Assembly: GCA_947589025.1 (NCBI GenBank) | Contig: CANQAY010000007.1 | Span: 2,919 to 66,918, forward strand | Direction of reading: 5' to 3' | Source: an uncultured Clostridia bacterium | Lineage (GTDB): Bacteria > Bacillota > Clostridia > Christensenellales > UBA1242 | Length of the DNA stretch: 64,000 bases | Shown here: one piece after another, positions 55,255 through 64,000 of the stretch | Layout of the letters: each line of letters starts with the position of its first letter | How positions within the stretch are numbered: the stretch's first letter is position 1 | Position numbers and translations under genes: made by a program | Notes under the pieces: generated by a model | Seen by the model: the letters and a program-made list of their open reading frames with translations, nothing else | Told to the model about the DNA's origin: nothing | The model's database searches: none

Positions 55255-56805
55255 TTAAAGCATTGGTGTAAAAATTTTTATTATTGCGCAGAATAGGCGC
55301 GTAAATGGATTTTGTTTAAAATCCTTCATATTCATAGAAATGGTGAATAAATATTCAAAATCCCGTTTAATATCCTTAATGCAATTGGTTTTAAACATAA
55401 GCACGCCGCATTCATAATGATGCAGCAAACTGCGGTAATCAAAATTTATTGTGCCAACAATTGCAATTTCGTCATCGCACAACACCTGTTTTGCATGTAT
55501 AAACCCTTTGCTGTATTCATAAATTTTTACGCCCGCCTGCTGCAATGTGCGATAACTAGATCTCGTTATGCCAAATATATATTTTTTATCTGGAATGTGT
55601 GGGGTTATTATGCGCACATCAACACCCCTTCTTGCAGCGTTTGTTAGCGCCGTTGTTAGTTTGTTATCCAAAATTAAATAAGGTGTTGTAATATATAGCG
55701 TTTTTTCTGCCTGATTAATTATATTTAAATATACATTTTCGGCAACATATTCTTTATAAAAATATTTTGGCCCGTCACCGTATGGGCAAACGAAACCGGA
55801 CGCGTTAGGCAACTCATTAACATCGGCAATGTATTTAGAAAAATCCTCCAACTTTTGATTTTGCACATCGTAAAGCTGCAAAAACATTAAAATTAGGTTT
55901 TTTACAGCATTGCCCGTCAATTTTACGCCAGTATCCTTCCAATGGCCGTACATTTGCTTTAAGTTAACATATTCATCTGCCAAATTAAGCCCGCTAACAA
56001 AAGCAACTTTGCCATCAATAACAGTAATTTTTCTATGGTCCCTATTATTGTGCACTGCCGACATAATTGGCACAAAAGCATTAAATTTAACGCATTTTAT
56101 GCCCATTTTGTTAAGCTGCTTTGCATAATTTGTTGGCAATTTGTTAATTGTGCCCAAATCGTCATACATAACGCGCACTTCCACGCCTTCATCCACCTTA
56201 AGCTTTAGTTCGTTTAAAATTGCATCCCACAATTTGCCGCGCTCTATAATAAAATATTCTAAAAATATGTATTTTTTTGCATTTTTAATTTCGGCAATTA
56301 ATTCTTTAAAAAACACTTCGCCCATATATAAATATTGCACTTGGGTGTTTGCATAGGTTTTTAGCCCGGTTGCCGAATAAATATATTCAAATTGCCCGTA
56401 ATATTTGCCCAATTGTGTTTTAAGGTTATCATCTTCCTGTGCATATTTAACTTGATATTTTTTAATTTCATCTGCCACACTTTGATAAAATTTCTTATGC
56501 CTTCTTGGTGGGCGCCTTCTCACAAAAAGAAAATAAATTACAATGCCAAAAAATGGAACAAACAGCAACAAAATTGACCAAGTTAACTGCCCTTCGGTTG
56601 GCATATCCGAATTGATAATTCTTACTGTTAGCGCAACGCCAATTAAAGCAAATAACAAATCTAACGATATGAAAACGTGGCTGAAAATTTGCGGATAATA
56701 ATAGGTTAATGCATAAGGCAAAATTAATGAAAAAGCTAATTGCAAAAGAATTGCAATTATAACAAATGTCATTCGGCTAAACAAAATTTTAAAAAACTTT
56801 TTCAT
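55255..56805 (-). CDS. cls: Cardiolipin synthase
   Basis: 516 aa with N-terminal TMs and two HKD motifs (HRKITVIDGKVAFVSGLN, HAKQVLCDDEIAIVGTIN). Confidence 0.9.
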   Translation of the reverse strand: MKKFFKILFSRMTFVIIAILLQLAFSLILPYALTYYYPQIFSHVFISLDLLFALIGVALTVRIINSDMPTEGQLTWSILLLFVPFFGIVIYFLFVRRRPPRRHKKFYQSVADEIKKYQVKYAQEDDNLKTQLGKYYGQFEYIYSATGLKTYANTQVQYLYMGEVFFKELIAEIKNAKKYIFLEYFIIERGKLWDAILNELKLKVDEGVEVRVMYDDLGTINKLPTNYAKQLNKMGIKCVKFNAFVPIMSAVHNNRDHRKITVIDGKVAFVSGLNLADEYVNLKQMYGHWKDTGVKLTGNAVKNLILMFLQLYDVQNQKLEDFSKYIADVNELPNASGFVCPYGDGPKYFYKEYVAENVYLNIINQAEKTLYITTPYLILDNKLTTALTNAARRGVDVRIITPHIPDKKYIFGITRSSYRTLQQAGVKIYEYSKGFIHAKQVLCDDEIAIVGTINFDYRSLLHHYECGVLMFKTNCIKDIKRDFEYLFTISMNMKDFKQNPFTRLFCAIIKIFTPML

Positions 56806-57617
56806 TTTACATCGCTTTTATATTCATAATAATATTTTGCCAAAATTCCTTTATAATTATCCTTCCACGGCTTGTTTCGCCCCAAATAATGCACAATAAC
56901 ATTGTTGTTGACAACCCAATCCGCATCAATTTTGTGTTTTGGGCGGCGCATATTATAAAATGTTATATATCTATCCGATAAATTATATAGCTTTGGGTCA
57001 ACAAGTTTTATTCTATCTCCAAAAAATTTAAACAACACATCTTGGTCATATAAATACATACGCCAGCCATTCTTTTTCATAAACGCAAATATTTTTTCTG
57101 GCTCAATAACCTGCCTAAGTTCTTTAACATTCATCACCATCACGCCCGTGTTCATGTAAACATGGTGTTTATTAACGCCCATCCTCACCCGGTTAAACCA
57201 TTGCATAAAGCCGCGTATCTGTGTGCAAGCAATAAACAAGTTGCCTTCAAAATTCATGTTGTAAAGCTCATCAATGTTTTTATGCACAATAAGGTCACTA
57301 TCCAAATACAAAATGCGCTCCACACTTTCTGGCAACATGGTTGGGGCAAAAATTCTATAATAAATTTCATAAGGATATCTATTAACTTTTGGGGCACCTT
57401 TAAAAAGCGAATTATCCATATACATATAAATTAAATTTATGTTGGGTTTAACATTTTGTAAAATATTTTTCTTATCTTCTTCTTGCAAATCGGAATGCAA
57501 AACATAAACGTCAAATTCACTTTCGGCATTATTGCTGGCAAGAGAATTTAACATGGTTAAAAAATGCACAATGTAACTTTTGTTTATGTTTACTAAAATG
57601 TTTTTTTTCATTAGCAA
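56802..57617 (-). CDS. Glycosyltransferase family 8 protein
   Basis: 271 aa. ILYLDSDLIV (DxD) and GT8-type motifs. Confidence 0.75.
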   Translation of the reverse strand: MLMKKNILVNINKSYIVHFLTMLNSLASNNAESEFDVYVLHSDLQEEDKKNILQNVKPNINLIYMYMDNSLFKGAPKVNRYPYEIYYRIFAPTMLPESVERILYLDSDLIVHKNIDELYNMNFEGNLFIACTQIRGFMQWFNRVRMGVNKHHVYMNTGVMVMNVKELRQVIEPEKIFAFMKKNGWRMYLYDQDVLFKFFGDRIKLVDPKLYNLSDRYITFYNMRRPKHKIDADWVVNNNVIVHYLGRNKPWKDNYKGILAKYYYEYKSDVK

Positions 57618-57691
57618 TATACTAACACTTAAAAATTTTTATGTCAAGCCAAATTGATTATTACTATTTTTAAAAATATGTAAATTAACAC

Positions 57692-57719
57692 TTGCAAATA
57701 AAAAAAATTGTGCTATAAT
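57692..57719 (+). promoter_or_regulatory. Promoter of tRNA-Gln(CTG)
   Basis: TTGCAA-16nt-TGcTATAAT (extended -10). Confidence 0.6.
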
Positions 57720-57740
57720 ATAAAAGCATAAATAAATTAT

Positions 57741-57815
57741 TGGGGTATCGCCAAGCGGTAAGGCAGTGGTCTCTGAATCCACCATGCGGTAGTTCGAATC
57801 TACCTACCCCAGCCA
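57741..57815 (+). tRNA. tRNA-Gln(CTG)
   Basis: TGGGGTATCGCCAAGCGGTAAGGC..CTCTGAA loop..AGTTCGAATCT..TACCCCAGCCA. The T-arm and acceptor are identical to tRNA-Gln(TTG) at 37482. Confidence 0.88.
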
Positions 57816-57864
57816 AAAGCATACCTTTAAAAACATCTATTTTATAGGTGTTTTTTAATATTTT

Positions 57865-57955
57865 TGGGGTCAAATGTTTTACGCCCGAAAATTGCGTTTT
57901 GGCTGAAATTTTGCAAAATTTTGGGGTCAAAAATGGGGTCAAAAATGGGGTCAAA
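57865..57955 (+). repeat. Four TGGGGTCAAA arm-type repeats (three in 12-nt tandem)
   Basis: Copies at 57865, 57922, 57934 and 57946. Confidence 0.65.
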
Positions 57956-58006
57956 ATTTTTTATATTTACTCAAGCCACAAAAAAAGTTAGCACTAGGCT
58001 AACTTT

Positions 58007-58537
58007 TTAATTCACAATATTAAAAAAATTTGAATTTGCATTGCTTACAACTTCGTTTTTAATTTCTTTATCTTCTAGCGTATTAACCGATAAATCAGTT
58101 TGAATAATATTACCAGCAGTTTCATTCTCTTGCTCAGAGGGCAAACAATTTTCCGATTTTGTTATTTCATTATTTTCGTTTAAATTTTCTTGTTGAGTTT
58201 CAGTTTTTTCTTCCACAATTTCAAAATTTTCATCATTTTGGCTTAAATTTTCATCATTTTTTTCAATTTCTGCCTCATTTTTTGCATTTTCTAAAAAATT
58301 TTGTGTGCTCTCATCTGTTTTTGCATTCTCTTTTTCTGTTTCAGTTTTTTGTTTAGATGAAGATTTTGTAGGGTCGTTAATTATGCCAATAACCACCAAC
58401 AAGCCCAAAATTGCAGTTACCACTTCGTTAATGTAAATAAAATCAAAATCTATTCTTAAAGCCCGCAAAATAAGTATTACCGCACTGACAATAGACACCC
58501 AAAAATTATAATTTGTTAGACGATTTTTCCAATTCAT
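58007..58537 (-). CDS. Holin (phiLC3-type N-terminal domain) with a long acidic C-terminal tail
   Basis: MNWKNRLTNYNFWVSIVSAVILIL..LLVVIGIINDPTK matches the phiLC3 holin pattern as I remember it. It is followed by about 115 aa of E/N/T-rich sequence. Confidence 0.55.
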   Translation of the reverse strand: MNWKNRLTNYNFWVSIVSAVILILRALRIDFDFIYINEVVTAILGLLVVIGIINDPTKSSSKQKTETEKENAKTDESTQNFLENAKNEAEIEKNDENLSQNDENFEIVEEKTETQQENLNENNEITKSENCLPSEQENETAGNIIQTDLSVNTLEDKEIKNEVVSNANSNFFNIVN

Positions 58538-58614
58538 ATTTGCTCCTTTTATATAAATTTTTATTTAAAAGCAAATATTGATAATAGATATTAAATCGTT
58601 TAAGCATTTTAAAA

Positions 58615-60024
58615 TCAATAATCATAATAATCTAGCGCCAACCTATTAACATGCGCATTTGGATTTTTTGAAACTATTTGCACTTTAACTTTGCGGCAGT
58701 TTAGCCTAAAATTAAACGCGCTTACCCCATCATTTTTTGTTGTAAAAGTTAGTTTTTTGTTTCCATCACAAATTAAGTTAAAGCCCACATCTTTAGCGCA
58801 ATCCACTTTAAGTGCAGATATTAGCTTTACATTTTCGTTTTCAATTAAATCGCTTGTTTCATAAAATTTAACTAAATCTTCAAATGTTTCAGTTTCATTT
58901 ACATTTGCAATTTCAAACAAACGCGTTTTATCATTGTTTGTTAAAAGCAACATTTTTTCTAAAAGGTCAGTTTTTAACGGATATAAGCAAACGCTATCCA
59001 CCCCACGAATAAGTTGATAACTAAAATCTGTAATATCCACAATTAAAATTGAATTATTGCCAAAATTTGTTTCCTGTTCGTCTGTGTCATCATATTTTAA
59101 TTTTAATGCTAAATAATAATAATTGCCTAAAGATGAAGCAACGGCGTTAGCATTATTCCCGTCAAGCTGGGTGTGAATATCAATATCTGTTTTTTTAACT
59201 TTTACACCATTAAAAGTGTAAATTCCATCAAAAGTTAAAAACATAATTGAATTGCCGCAAACTGATACACTGTTTGCAATAATTTTGCTGTTTGAAGAAT
59301 AAATTTGGCTAACGGTAACATTCTTTTGAAGGTAACTTATTTTAGAAATGCCGTAATCTCTAAACACATAAACTTCACCATCAAAGGTAATCACCTTTCT
59401 TGCATCCCCCAAATCGTCAGCAAGGGTTATATAATCTGAAAAAGCAGAAATATTTCCCACATTTTCCGCATCTAAATCAGTTGCGTACCAAATTTTAAAT
59501 GCGGGCTGACGAATTGTGCAAAACAACACACCTTCATTCATGCACATGCTGGTTATAATAGGCACATCTTCCACCTGATAAGGTGAATGATTTGTTTTCC
59601 AAATCATCATCTTATTTTCGCTTGCCAAAATTATGGCATCGTTTTCGTCATTTTTGTAAGATAGCGAAATCGGCGGAGTTTCAAATGTCATTTCATAAAG
59701 CCAAGTTAGTGCAAAAATGCCATTAAAAAGTTGATTTAAATAAATTTTGTTGTTATCTCCATAAATTAAAATTGTGTAAACATTTTCTTTTATGTTATAA
59801 TAATATTGTTTTGTGGCACAAACCCCGCAAAAATTGAATGGCTCTAGTCCAGTTAGTTCATCATAAATATCGCTATTTGGTTTTTTAGGGAATTTGGCAG
59901 GAATAATTTTAAAACATGATTTAAGTTGTTGTTTTGGATAAAAATTATAAAATTTATCAACTTTTATGCCAGAATCGGTGAAATTGTTGAATTTTTTAAG
60001 TTCAACAGTTTTTTTCATAACCAT
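58615..60024 (-). CDS. Hypothetical phage structural protein
   Basis: 469 aa, downstream of the head genes. No family recognised. Confidence 0.45.
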   Translation of the reverse strand: MVMKKTVELKKFNNFTDSGIKVDKFYNFYPKQQLKSCFKIIPAKFPKKPNSDIYDELTGLEPFNFCGVCATKQYYYNIKENVYTILIYGDNNKIYLNQLFNGIFALTWLYEMTFETPPISLSYKNDENDAIILASENKMMIWKTNHSPYQVEDVPIITSMCMNEGVLFCTIRQPAFKIWYATDLDAENVGNISAFSDYITLADDLGDARKVITFDGEVYVFRDYGISKISYLQKNVTVSQIYSSNSKIIANSVSVCGNSIMFLTFDGIYTFNGVKVKKTDIDIHTQLDGNNANAVASSLGNYYYLALKLKYDDTDEQETNFGNNSILIVDITDFSYQLIRGVDSVCLYPLKTDLLEKMLLLTNNDKTRLFEIANVNETETFEDLVKFYETSDLIENENVKLISALKVDCAKDVGFNLICDGNKKLTFTTKNDGVSAFNFRLNCRKVKVQIVSKNPNAHVNRLALDYYDY

Positions 60025-60575
60025 ATCCTTTTAGGAAGTTCAAAAACTTTTAAATTTTTAATAGCTTCTGCCCGGGACCTATATTTTTCGTTGTAAATTT
60101 TAAATTCGTCAAACATACTTTTAGATAAACAATAAAACGACGTTAAGCCGTAAACTAAAACATCTGGCGATAAATTTGATAAAAAATCCAACTCGTCAAA
60201 CAAAGATTTTATTTGGGGGTAAGTATAATAACTTATTAAGTAAACACCATCTTCTTCAAAACATATGGTTTTATTAAAAATTTTGTAATCTACAATTTTT
60301 CCATCTTTTTTTATATTGTGCAACCTTAAAAAGTTTGACAATTTTGAAATTTCAAAACTTTTATTTTTTACATTTGCTTCACAAACATTTAGCACAGGCA
60401 CATAATTTACGCATAGTTCATGCAATGTTAAATTAACAAAACTTAGCATTTTGTTAATTTCAACATTTTTTAAAGTTTCAGCTTCATTTTCTTTAGTTGC
60501 AGTTTTTAGCATTTCAAGTTCGTCAGTTAAACTTAAAAGGTTGGCAGTTTGATTTAATATGTCTATTATTCTCAT
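60015..60575 (-). CDS. Hypothetical phage protein (head-tail connector position)
   Basis: 186 aa, overlapping its neighbours. Called by position only. Confidence 0.4.
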   Translation of the reverse strand: MRIIDILNQTANLLSLTDELEMLKTATKENEAETLKNVEINKMLSFVNLTLHELCVNYVPVLNVCEANVKNKSFEISKLSNFLRLHNIKKDGKIVDYKIFNKTICFEEDGVYLISYYTYPQIKSLFDELDFLSNLSPDVLVYGLTSFYCLSKSMFDEFKIYNEKYRSRAEAIKNLKVFELPKRIWL

Positions 60576-60576
60576 A

Positions 60577-60900
60577 TTATCTCCTTAAGTTTTGTTCTAT
60601 TGAACTGTTAAATTGAGAGAGAACGCCACGTTTTTCGGCGTTCTCAGTCAATTTATTTTCAGTTTCTATACGATTTAATATCTTTTCAATATTTTTGCTT
60701 TGTGTTTCAAACACATATTTTAATGCGCGTATATCAAGGGTTTTAAAAGGCAAAGTTAAACAAAAAGTTGAATCTATTTGTTTTGAATTATGAATTTCAA
60801 AATTCTTTTTTGATGTATTAAACACTATAAAATAACCTTTATCAATAAATTTAATTCTGTTTGCAATATCATATACATCGTTTAAAATTTTAATTTTCAT
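60577..60900 (-). CDS. Hypothetical phage protein
   Basis: 107 aa with AAGGAGA RBS. Confidence 0.45.
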   Translation of the reverse strand: MKIKILNDVYDIANRIKFIDKGYFIVFNTSKKNFEIHNSKQIDSTFCLTLPFKTLDIRALKYVFETQSKNIEKILNRIETENKLTENAEKRGVLSQFNSSIEQNLRR

Positions 60901-60914
60901 AATTCTCCTTTTTG

Positions 60915-62090
60915 TTACGCCTTAAAAGGGTTTGTTACGCTGCTTTGAATGTTTGTAAACCTAGCTTGTCCGTTTGGTTGATCGCAAATTAAATCTGCAT
61001 ATTTTACAAGCGTTGCAGTGTATGCAGGGTAGCCTGCTTTTTGGCGCAAAATTTTGCCGCCTTCACCTTCAATCCATTCCCAATCGCACAATTGATGCAA
61101 AGTGAATTTAGAGGTATCAAGCATATATAAAGTGTCATCTGGCACAAATCTATCAGAAACAACAGGGATGCCGTTAAAGGTCATTGCCTTGTAGCCGCCC
61201 TCTAGGGTTGTAACATCAATGTTGCGCCTATAGTAAGCCAAATATTGCTGATAAGCGCGCTTTACGCCCGCACCACAGCTAATAAAATCGATGTTAGAGC
61301 CAGAATTTTCTTCCAAAAAGTCTACAGCAGTTTGCAATAATTCGTCACTAATTTCTGCGCCAGCATCGTTAGTGTAAGGTGCAAGCCATTTGTTTGCAGT
61401 TCTGCTTAGACCATATATATCTTCCTTGCCAAAAATTGCGCCAAGGCCGGTTATTTCATTACCCTTGCTGCCTTGAACATAAAGCACATCGTCAGCAACA
61501 AGTTCGGTGCTTGGGCTTTTTGTGAAATAAACTTTTTTCTCTGTTCTATCAACATAAGCAATTCTAAGGCCGGAATTATCCAAAGTTTCTCCGCTATAGG
61601 AATCAACTACCATGCCTTCCATTAAATTTTTAACGCTTTTCATGGTTGCAACGCCGGCTTCGTATGACACAACAGTGCCAACAGCACCAGTTCCGTCACC
61701 ATAAAGCATTCTGCCCAAATTGAATTTGGAAGCGGTTAAAAGGCCTTCCATCTCTGCATCCAAAAGGTCTATAAACGCGCCGCTGCTAACCGAACTTGCC
61801 CTAATTGCTTTATCGCTAATTTCAATTGTGCCATAAAGGTTTTTAAGGGTAGTTTTAAATTGAACGTAATTGTTTTCATTTGCGGTTGGAAGCAAACCAG
61901 TTTCGCTGCCTGCCCCAACGCCGCCGTTTAACCCAACTGGTGCAACTTTAACAATTTGTTTGCCGTAAACATCGCTAGACGATTGTTTAATTTTTGCAAG
62001 CAGTGGGTTGGTTTTGGTGTTTAATTGATTGCACATTGCAACCAAATACGCATCTTTAAGTGCGTTTTGCGCAGTTGTTAAATCTATCAT
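60915..62090 (-). CDS. Major capsid protein (HK97-fold type), tentative
   Basis: 391 aa. Its position after a scaffold-like gene, its size and GLNGGVGAGSETGLLP..YGTIEISDKAIRAS.. are typical of capsid proteins. Confidence 0.6.
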   Translation of the reverse strand: MIDLTTAQNALKDAYLVAMCNQLNTKTNPLLAKIKQSSSDVYGKQIVKVAPVGLNGGVGAGSETGLLPTANENNYVQFKTTLKNLYGTIEISDKAIRASSVSSGAFIDLLDAEMEGLLTASKFNLGRMLYGDGTGAVGTVVSYEAGVATMKSVKNLMEGMVVDSYSGETLDNSGLRIAYVDRTEKKVYFTKSPSTELVADDVLYVQGSKGNEITGLGAIFGKEDIYGLSRTANKWLAPYTNDAGAEISDELLQTAVDFLEENSGSNIDFISCGAGVKRAYQQYLAYYRRNIDVTTLEGGYKAMTFNGIPVVSDRFVPDDTLYMLDTSKFTLHQLCDWEWIEGEGGKILRQKAGYPAYTATLVKYADLICDQPNGQARFTNIQSSVTNPFKA

Positions 62091-62098
62091 AATTTCTC

Positions 62099-62647
62099 CT
62101 ATTTTTGTTTAATAATTGATTTTGCCAACCTGCCTGCCTCTTTAATTGTTTTAGGGGCGGTTGGCGGGGTTAAAGAAATGTTGGCAGAATAGTTTGTTTT
62201 AATTGGCAAGTTTTGAGTTATTTGGGATAGGTAATCTTTTATGATTTTATCCTTAATTTCCGTGTTGGAAAATATAAAATTGTTCAAAAATTGCTCATCT
62301 TTAACAAGTTCGTCCGCAGTTTTGTAATTGTTAGACATAATGTTTAAAGCCTCCTCTTCAAGGCTAGAAACTTTGCCTGAAATTAAACTTTCTTTTAGCG
62401 CGCCACTAAAAGGTTTAATTTTTTCAAACTTTGTTACAAAATCATCAACCTTTCTTTCAATTTCCGCATTTTTGTTTTTTAATGCGGTTTCGTTTTCTTT
62501 TTCGCTTTCAAGCGATGCCAATTTCTGGCTTTTTTTGGTAAATTCCGCCTCTAAGTTTGAATAGGCCTTCATCAAACTTTCGGCATCCTTAAATTTGCCA
62601 AAAGCGTTGGAGCCAAAATTTTCATTTGGTTGTTCCAAGTTCTCCAT
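62099..62647 (-). CDS. Scaffolding-like protein
   Basis: 182 aa, charged coiled-coil, between the portal and capsid genes. Confidence 0.5.
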   Translation of the reverse strand: MENLEQPNENFGSNAFGKFKDAESLMKAYSNLEAEFTKKSQKLASLESEKENETALKNKNAEIERKVDDFVTKFEKIKPFSGALKESLISGKVSSLEEEALNIMSNNYKTADELVKDEQFLNNFIFSNTEIKDKIIKDYLSQITQNLPIKTNYSANISLTPPTAPKTIKEAGRLAKSIIKQK

Positions 62648-64000
62648 TTTCTTCTCCTTTTAACAATTTTTTATGTTCTTCAATATGTGCAAGCAAAGTT
62701 TTTAAAATTTGCTTGTAGTTTGCTTTATCCTTTATATTTGCGCTTAAAATGAACGCGGTGTGCTCATCAATATGAATTTTGTGGTCATCTATTGGCAAAA
62801 TTTCCAATTTTTCATTTTTTAATGTTGCCAAATTTTCCTCTTTTGCGCGGTTAATTTGCAGCGAATGAATATCCACATTGTTCTCCCACATGCCAAAGCC
62901 AAGCAAATCTAGACATTTTTTGCGGGTGTATTCGCTAAAATGGCCGTCCTCGTCATACATTAAGCCCTGCTTAATTAAGTCTAAAAGCATGGTGCGCTTT
63001 TGCCCAAGGCTATCATATAGGTCGGATGAGGTATCAAACACCACATCGTCACTGCAAATTTCGTTTTTATTCCAATAAAACATTTCAACTGTGTTGTTTT
63101 GCCCGGTTATTTTAAGTAGCCTTGGCACAACTGCAAACTGCTTATACAGCCTTAAAATAAATTTTGCAATTGTTTTTGTGGCAAGTTTAGAGCTATCTAT
63201 TGCGTTAGAAAGTCTTGCGTTATCCTGCTCTGCCAAAAGTTGCAATGCCACGCCTGAAAGATTGGTGTATTGCGCGTAACTATCCGACATCATATCACTA
63301 ACGCCAGAAACGGTTTTAAATTCGTTAAGCAGGCGCTCTTCTTCCGCGTCAAAATCTAAACTCAGTTTAGGGTTTTGAATAACTTCTGGGATTTTACTGC
63401 CCTGCCTGTAAACTAACACTTTGCCCGGTGAAAGCCCGTCAACTTCAAGCGCATCGGTATCCACGCTGCCATCTTCCACGGCAAGCACATTTAAAACTGC
63501 GCGGTTAAAATATTCATGTTTATGGTTCCTTACTGCGTTGTATGCGCGTTGAAGCGGAATTAACCTATCCACCACACTAACGCCAAAGAAATTGCCCGGC
63601 ATATAGTTGGAAACCTGCTTAACAAACGGGAAGGTGCGCATGTTTAATTCGTCATTAATGTATGGCAAATCACCATCAAAAAGCAATTTGTCGCCTGCCA
63701 CAATGGTAAGCCTGCCATTAGGGTGATTTTTGCTTGCGCGCTCGTATCGTTCAATTACAACGCAATGATTATTCATCTCCACATTTGCAATTTTGTTAAT
63801 GTGTGCATCGTAACCCAAGCCGCCCAAATTGCCAATGTTGGTATCAAGCGAAAACGAATAAACCTTTTCACTTTCCACATCCACATTCCATTGATTTTTA
63901 ATATCGTCAACATCAACGGCGCGGGCATAAATTAAGCTTTTAACATCTTCAAGCCTTTCGGTAGAAAGGTTGTCCGGAAAAATTTCAAACGGAGTAACAA
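62622..64000 (-). CDS. Portal protein (5' end beyond the window)
   Basis: The track ORF starts at an internal GTG (63884), but the frame stays open to position 64000 (..VTPFEIFPDNLSTERLEDVKSLIYARAVDVDDIKNQWN-VDVESEK..). Size and position upstream of scaffold and capsid fit a portal. Confidence 0.55.
   Translation of the reverse strand, partial: VTPFEIFPDNLSTERLEDVKSLIYARAVDVDDIKNQWNVDVESEKVYSFSLDTNIGNLGGLGYDAHINKIANVEMNNHCVVIERYERASKNHPNGRLTIVAGDKLLFDGDLPYINDELNMRTFPFVKQVSNYMPGNFFGVSVVDRLIPLQRAYNAVRNHKHEYFNRAVLNVLAVEDGSVDTDALEVDGLSPGKVLVYRQGSKIPEVIQNPKLSLDFDAEEERLLNEFKTVSGVSDMMSDSYAQYTNLSGVALQLLAEQDNARLSNAIDSSKLATKTIAKFILRLYKQFAVVPRLLKITGQNNTVEMFYWNKNEICSDDVVFDTSSDLYDSLGQKRTMLLDLIKQGLMYDEDGHFSEYTRKKCLDLLGFGMWENNVDIHSLQINRAKEENLATLKNEKLEILPIDDHKIHIDEHTAFILSANIKDKANYKQILKTLLAHIEEHKKLLKGEENGELGTTK

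Larger units (their letters stand above)
57816..64000. mobile_element. Tailed-phage (Caudoviricetes-type) prophage or remnant abutting tRNA-Gln(CTG); continues beyond the window
   Basis: Junction motif CTATTTTATAGGTG, four TGGGGTCAAA repeats, then holin, unknown structural ORFs, HK97-like capsid, scaffold and portal, all on the minus strand. Confidence 0.7.

Noticed and set aside
57685-57954. 89-aa minus-strand ORF
   Set aside because: It overlaps tRNA-Gln(CTG) and the TGGGGTCAAA repeats, so it is spurious.
57922-57955. Possible CRISPR array (regular ATGGGGTCAAAA repeats)
   Set aside because: The period is only 12 nt with no spacers, there are three copies, and no cas genes are nearby. It fits recombinase arm-type binding sites next to an att site.
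58100-58360. Apparent tandem DNA repeats on the minus-strand holin tail region
   Set aside because: This is compositional low complexity (GAA/AAT-rich coding for E/N) without a fixed repeat unit. I treat it as protein low complexity only.
1-64000. Alternative genetic code (TGA as Trp), as in Mollicutes-like AT-rich genomes
   Set aside because: Long conserved genes (dnaK, lepA, der, feoB) are intact with the standard code, and Trp positions are TGG. TGA appears as a terminator, for example at the 52-aa ORF and the 46408 gene.

Overview
The window is AT-rich and the gene content looks like Bacillota, probably Clostridia. The evidence is a type-A RNase P RNA, an intact pro-sigmaK-like gene and a CIRCE/HrcA heat-shock locus. 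About 42 kb is housekeeping DNA, mostly on the minus strand. It holds yloU/yloV, rpmB, an ABC-F gene with a leader-peptide attenuator, and lepA-hemW-hrcA-grpE-dnaK-dnaJ interrupted by three extra ORFs. It also holds a frameshifted BspA-type LRR surface protein, two tandem SigE/K-family sigma genes, rnpB, tatD, plsY, der, feoAB, a U32 peptidase/O-methyltransferase pair, RNase J, an M16 peptidase, a fused MacB-like ABC transporter, a six-gene tRNA cluster and murG. Two mobile elements follow. (1) An element of about 12.6 kb sits in tRNA-Lys(CTT), bounded by perfect 58-bp direct repeats at 42032-42089 and 54656-54713. It has an integrase, tandem XRE repressors, a long structured non-coding leader and a replication-type protein. 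It then has a 52-aa single-TM protein, three membrane-anchored large proteins and a Zot/pI-like ATPase, with no capsid, terminase, tail or lysin genes. I read it as a candidate integrated filamentous (inovirus-like) prophage or a novel satellite. This is the most interesting region. (2) A tailed-phage structural module (portal, scaffold, HK97-like capsid, holin) abuts tRNA-Gln(CTG) and runs off the 3' edge. Both elements share a junction 14-mer and TGGGGTCAAA arm-type repeats. Several hairpin/REP-like repeat families populate the intergenic regions. All calls come from reading the sequence and the ORF translations, and no database search was run.
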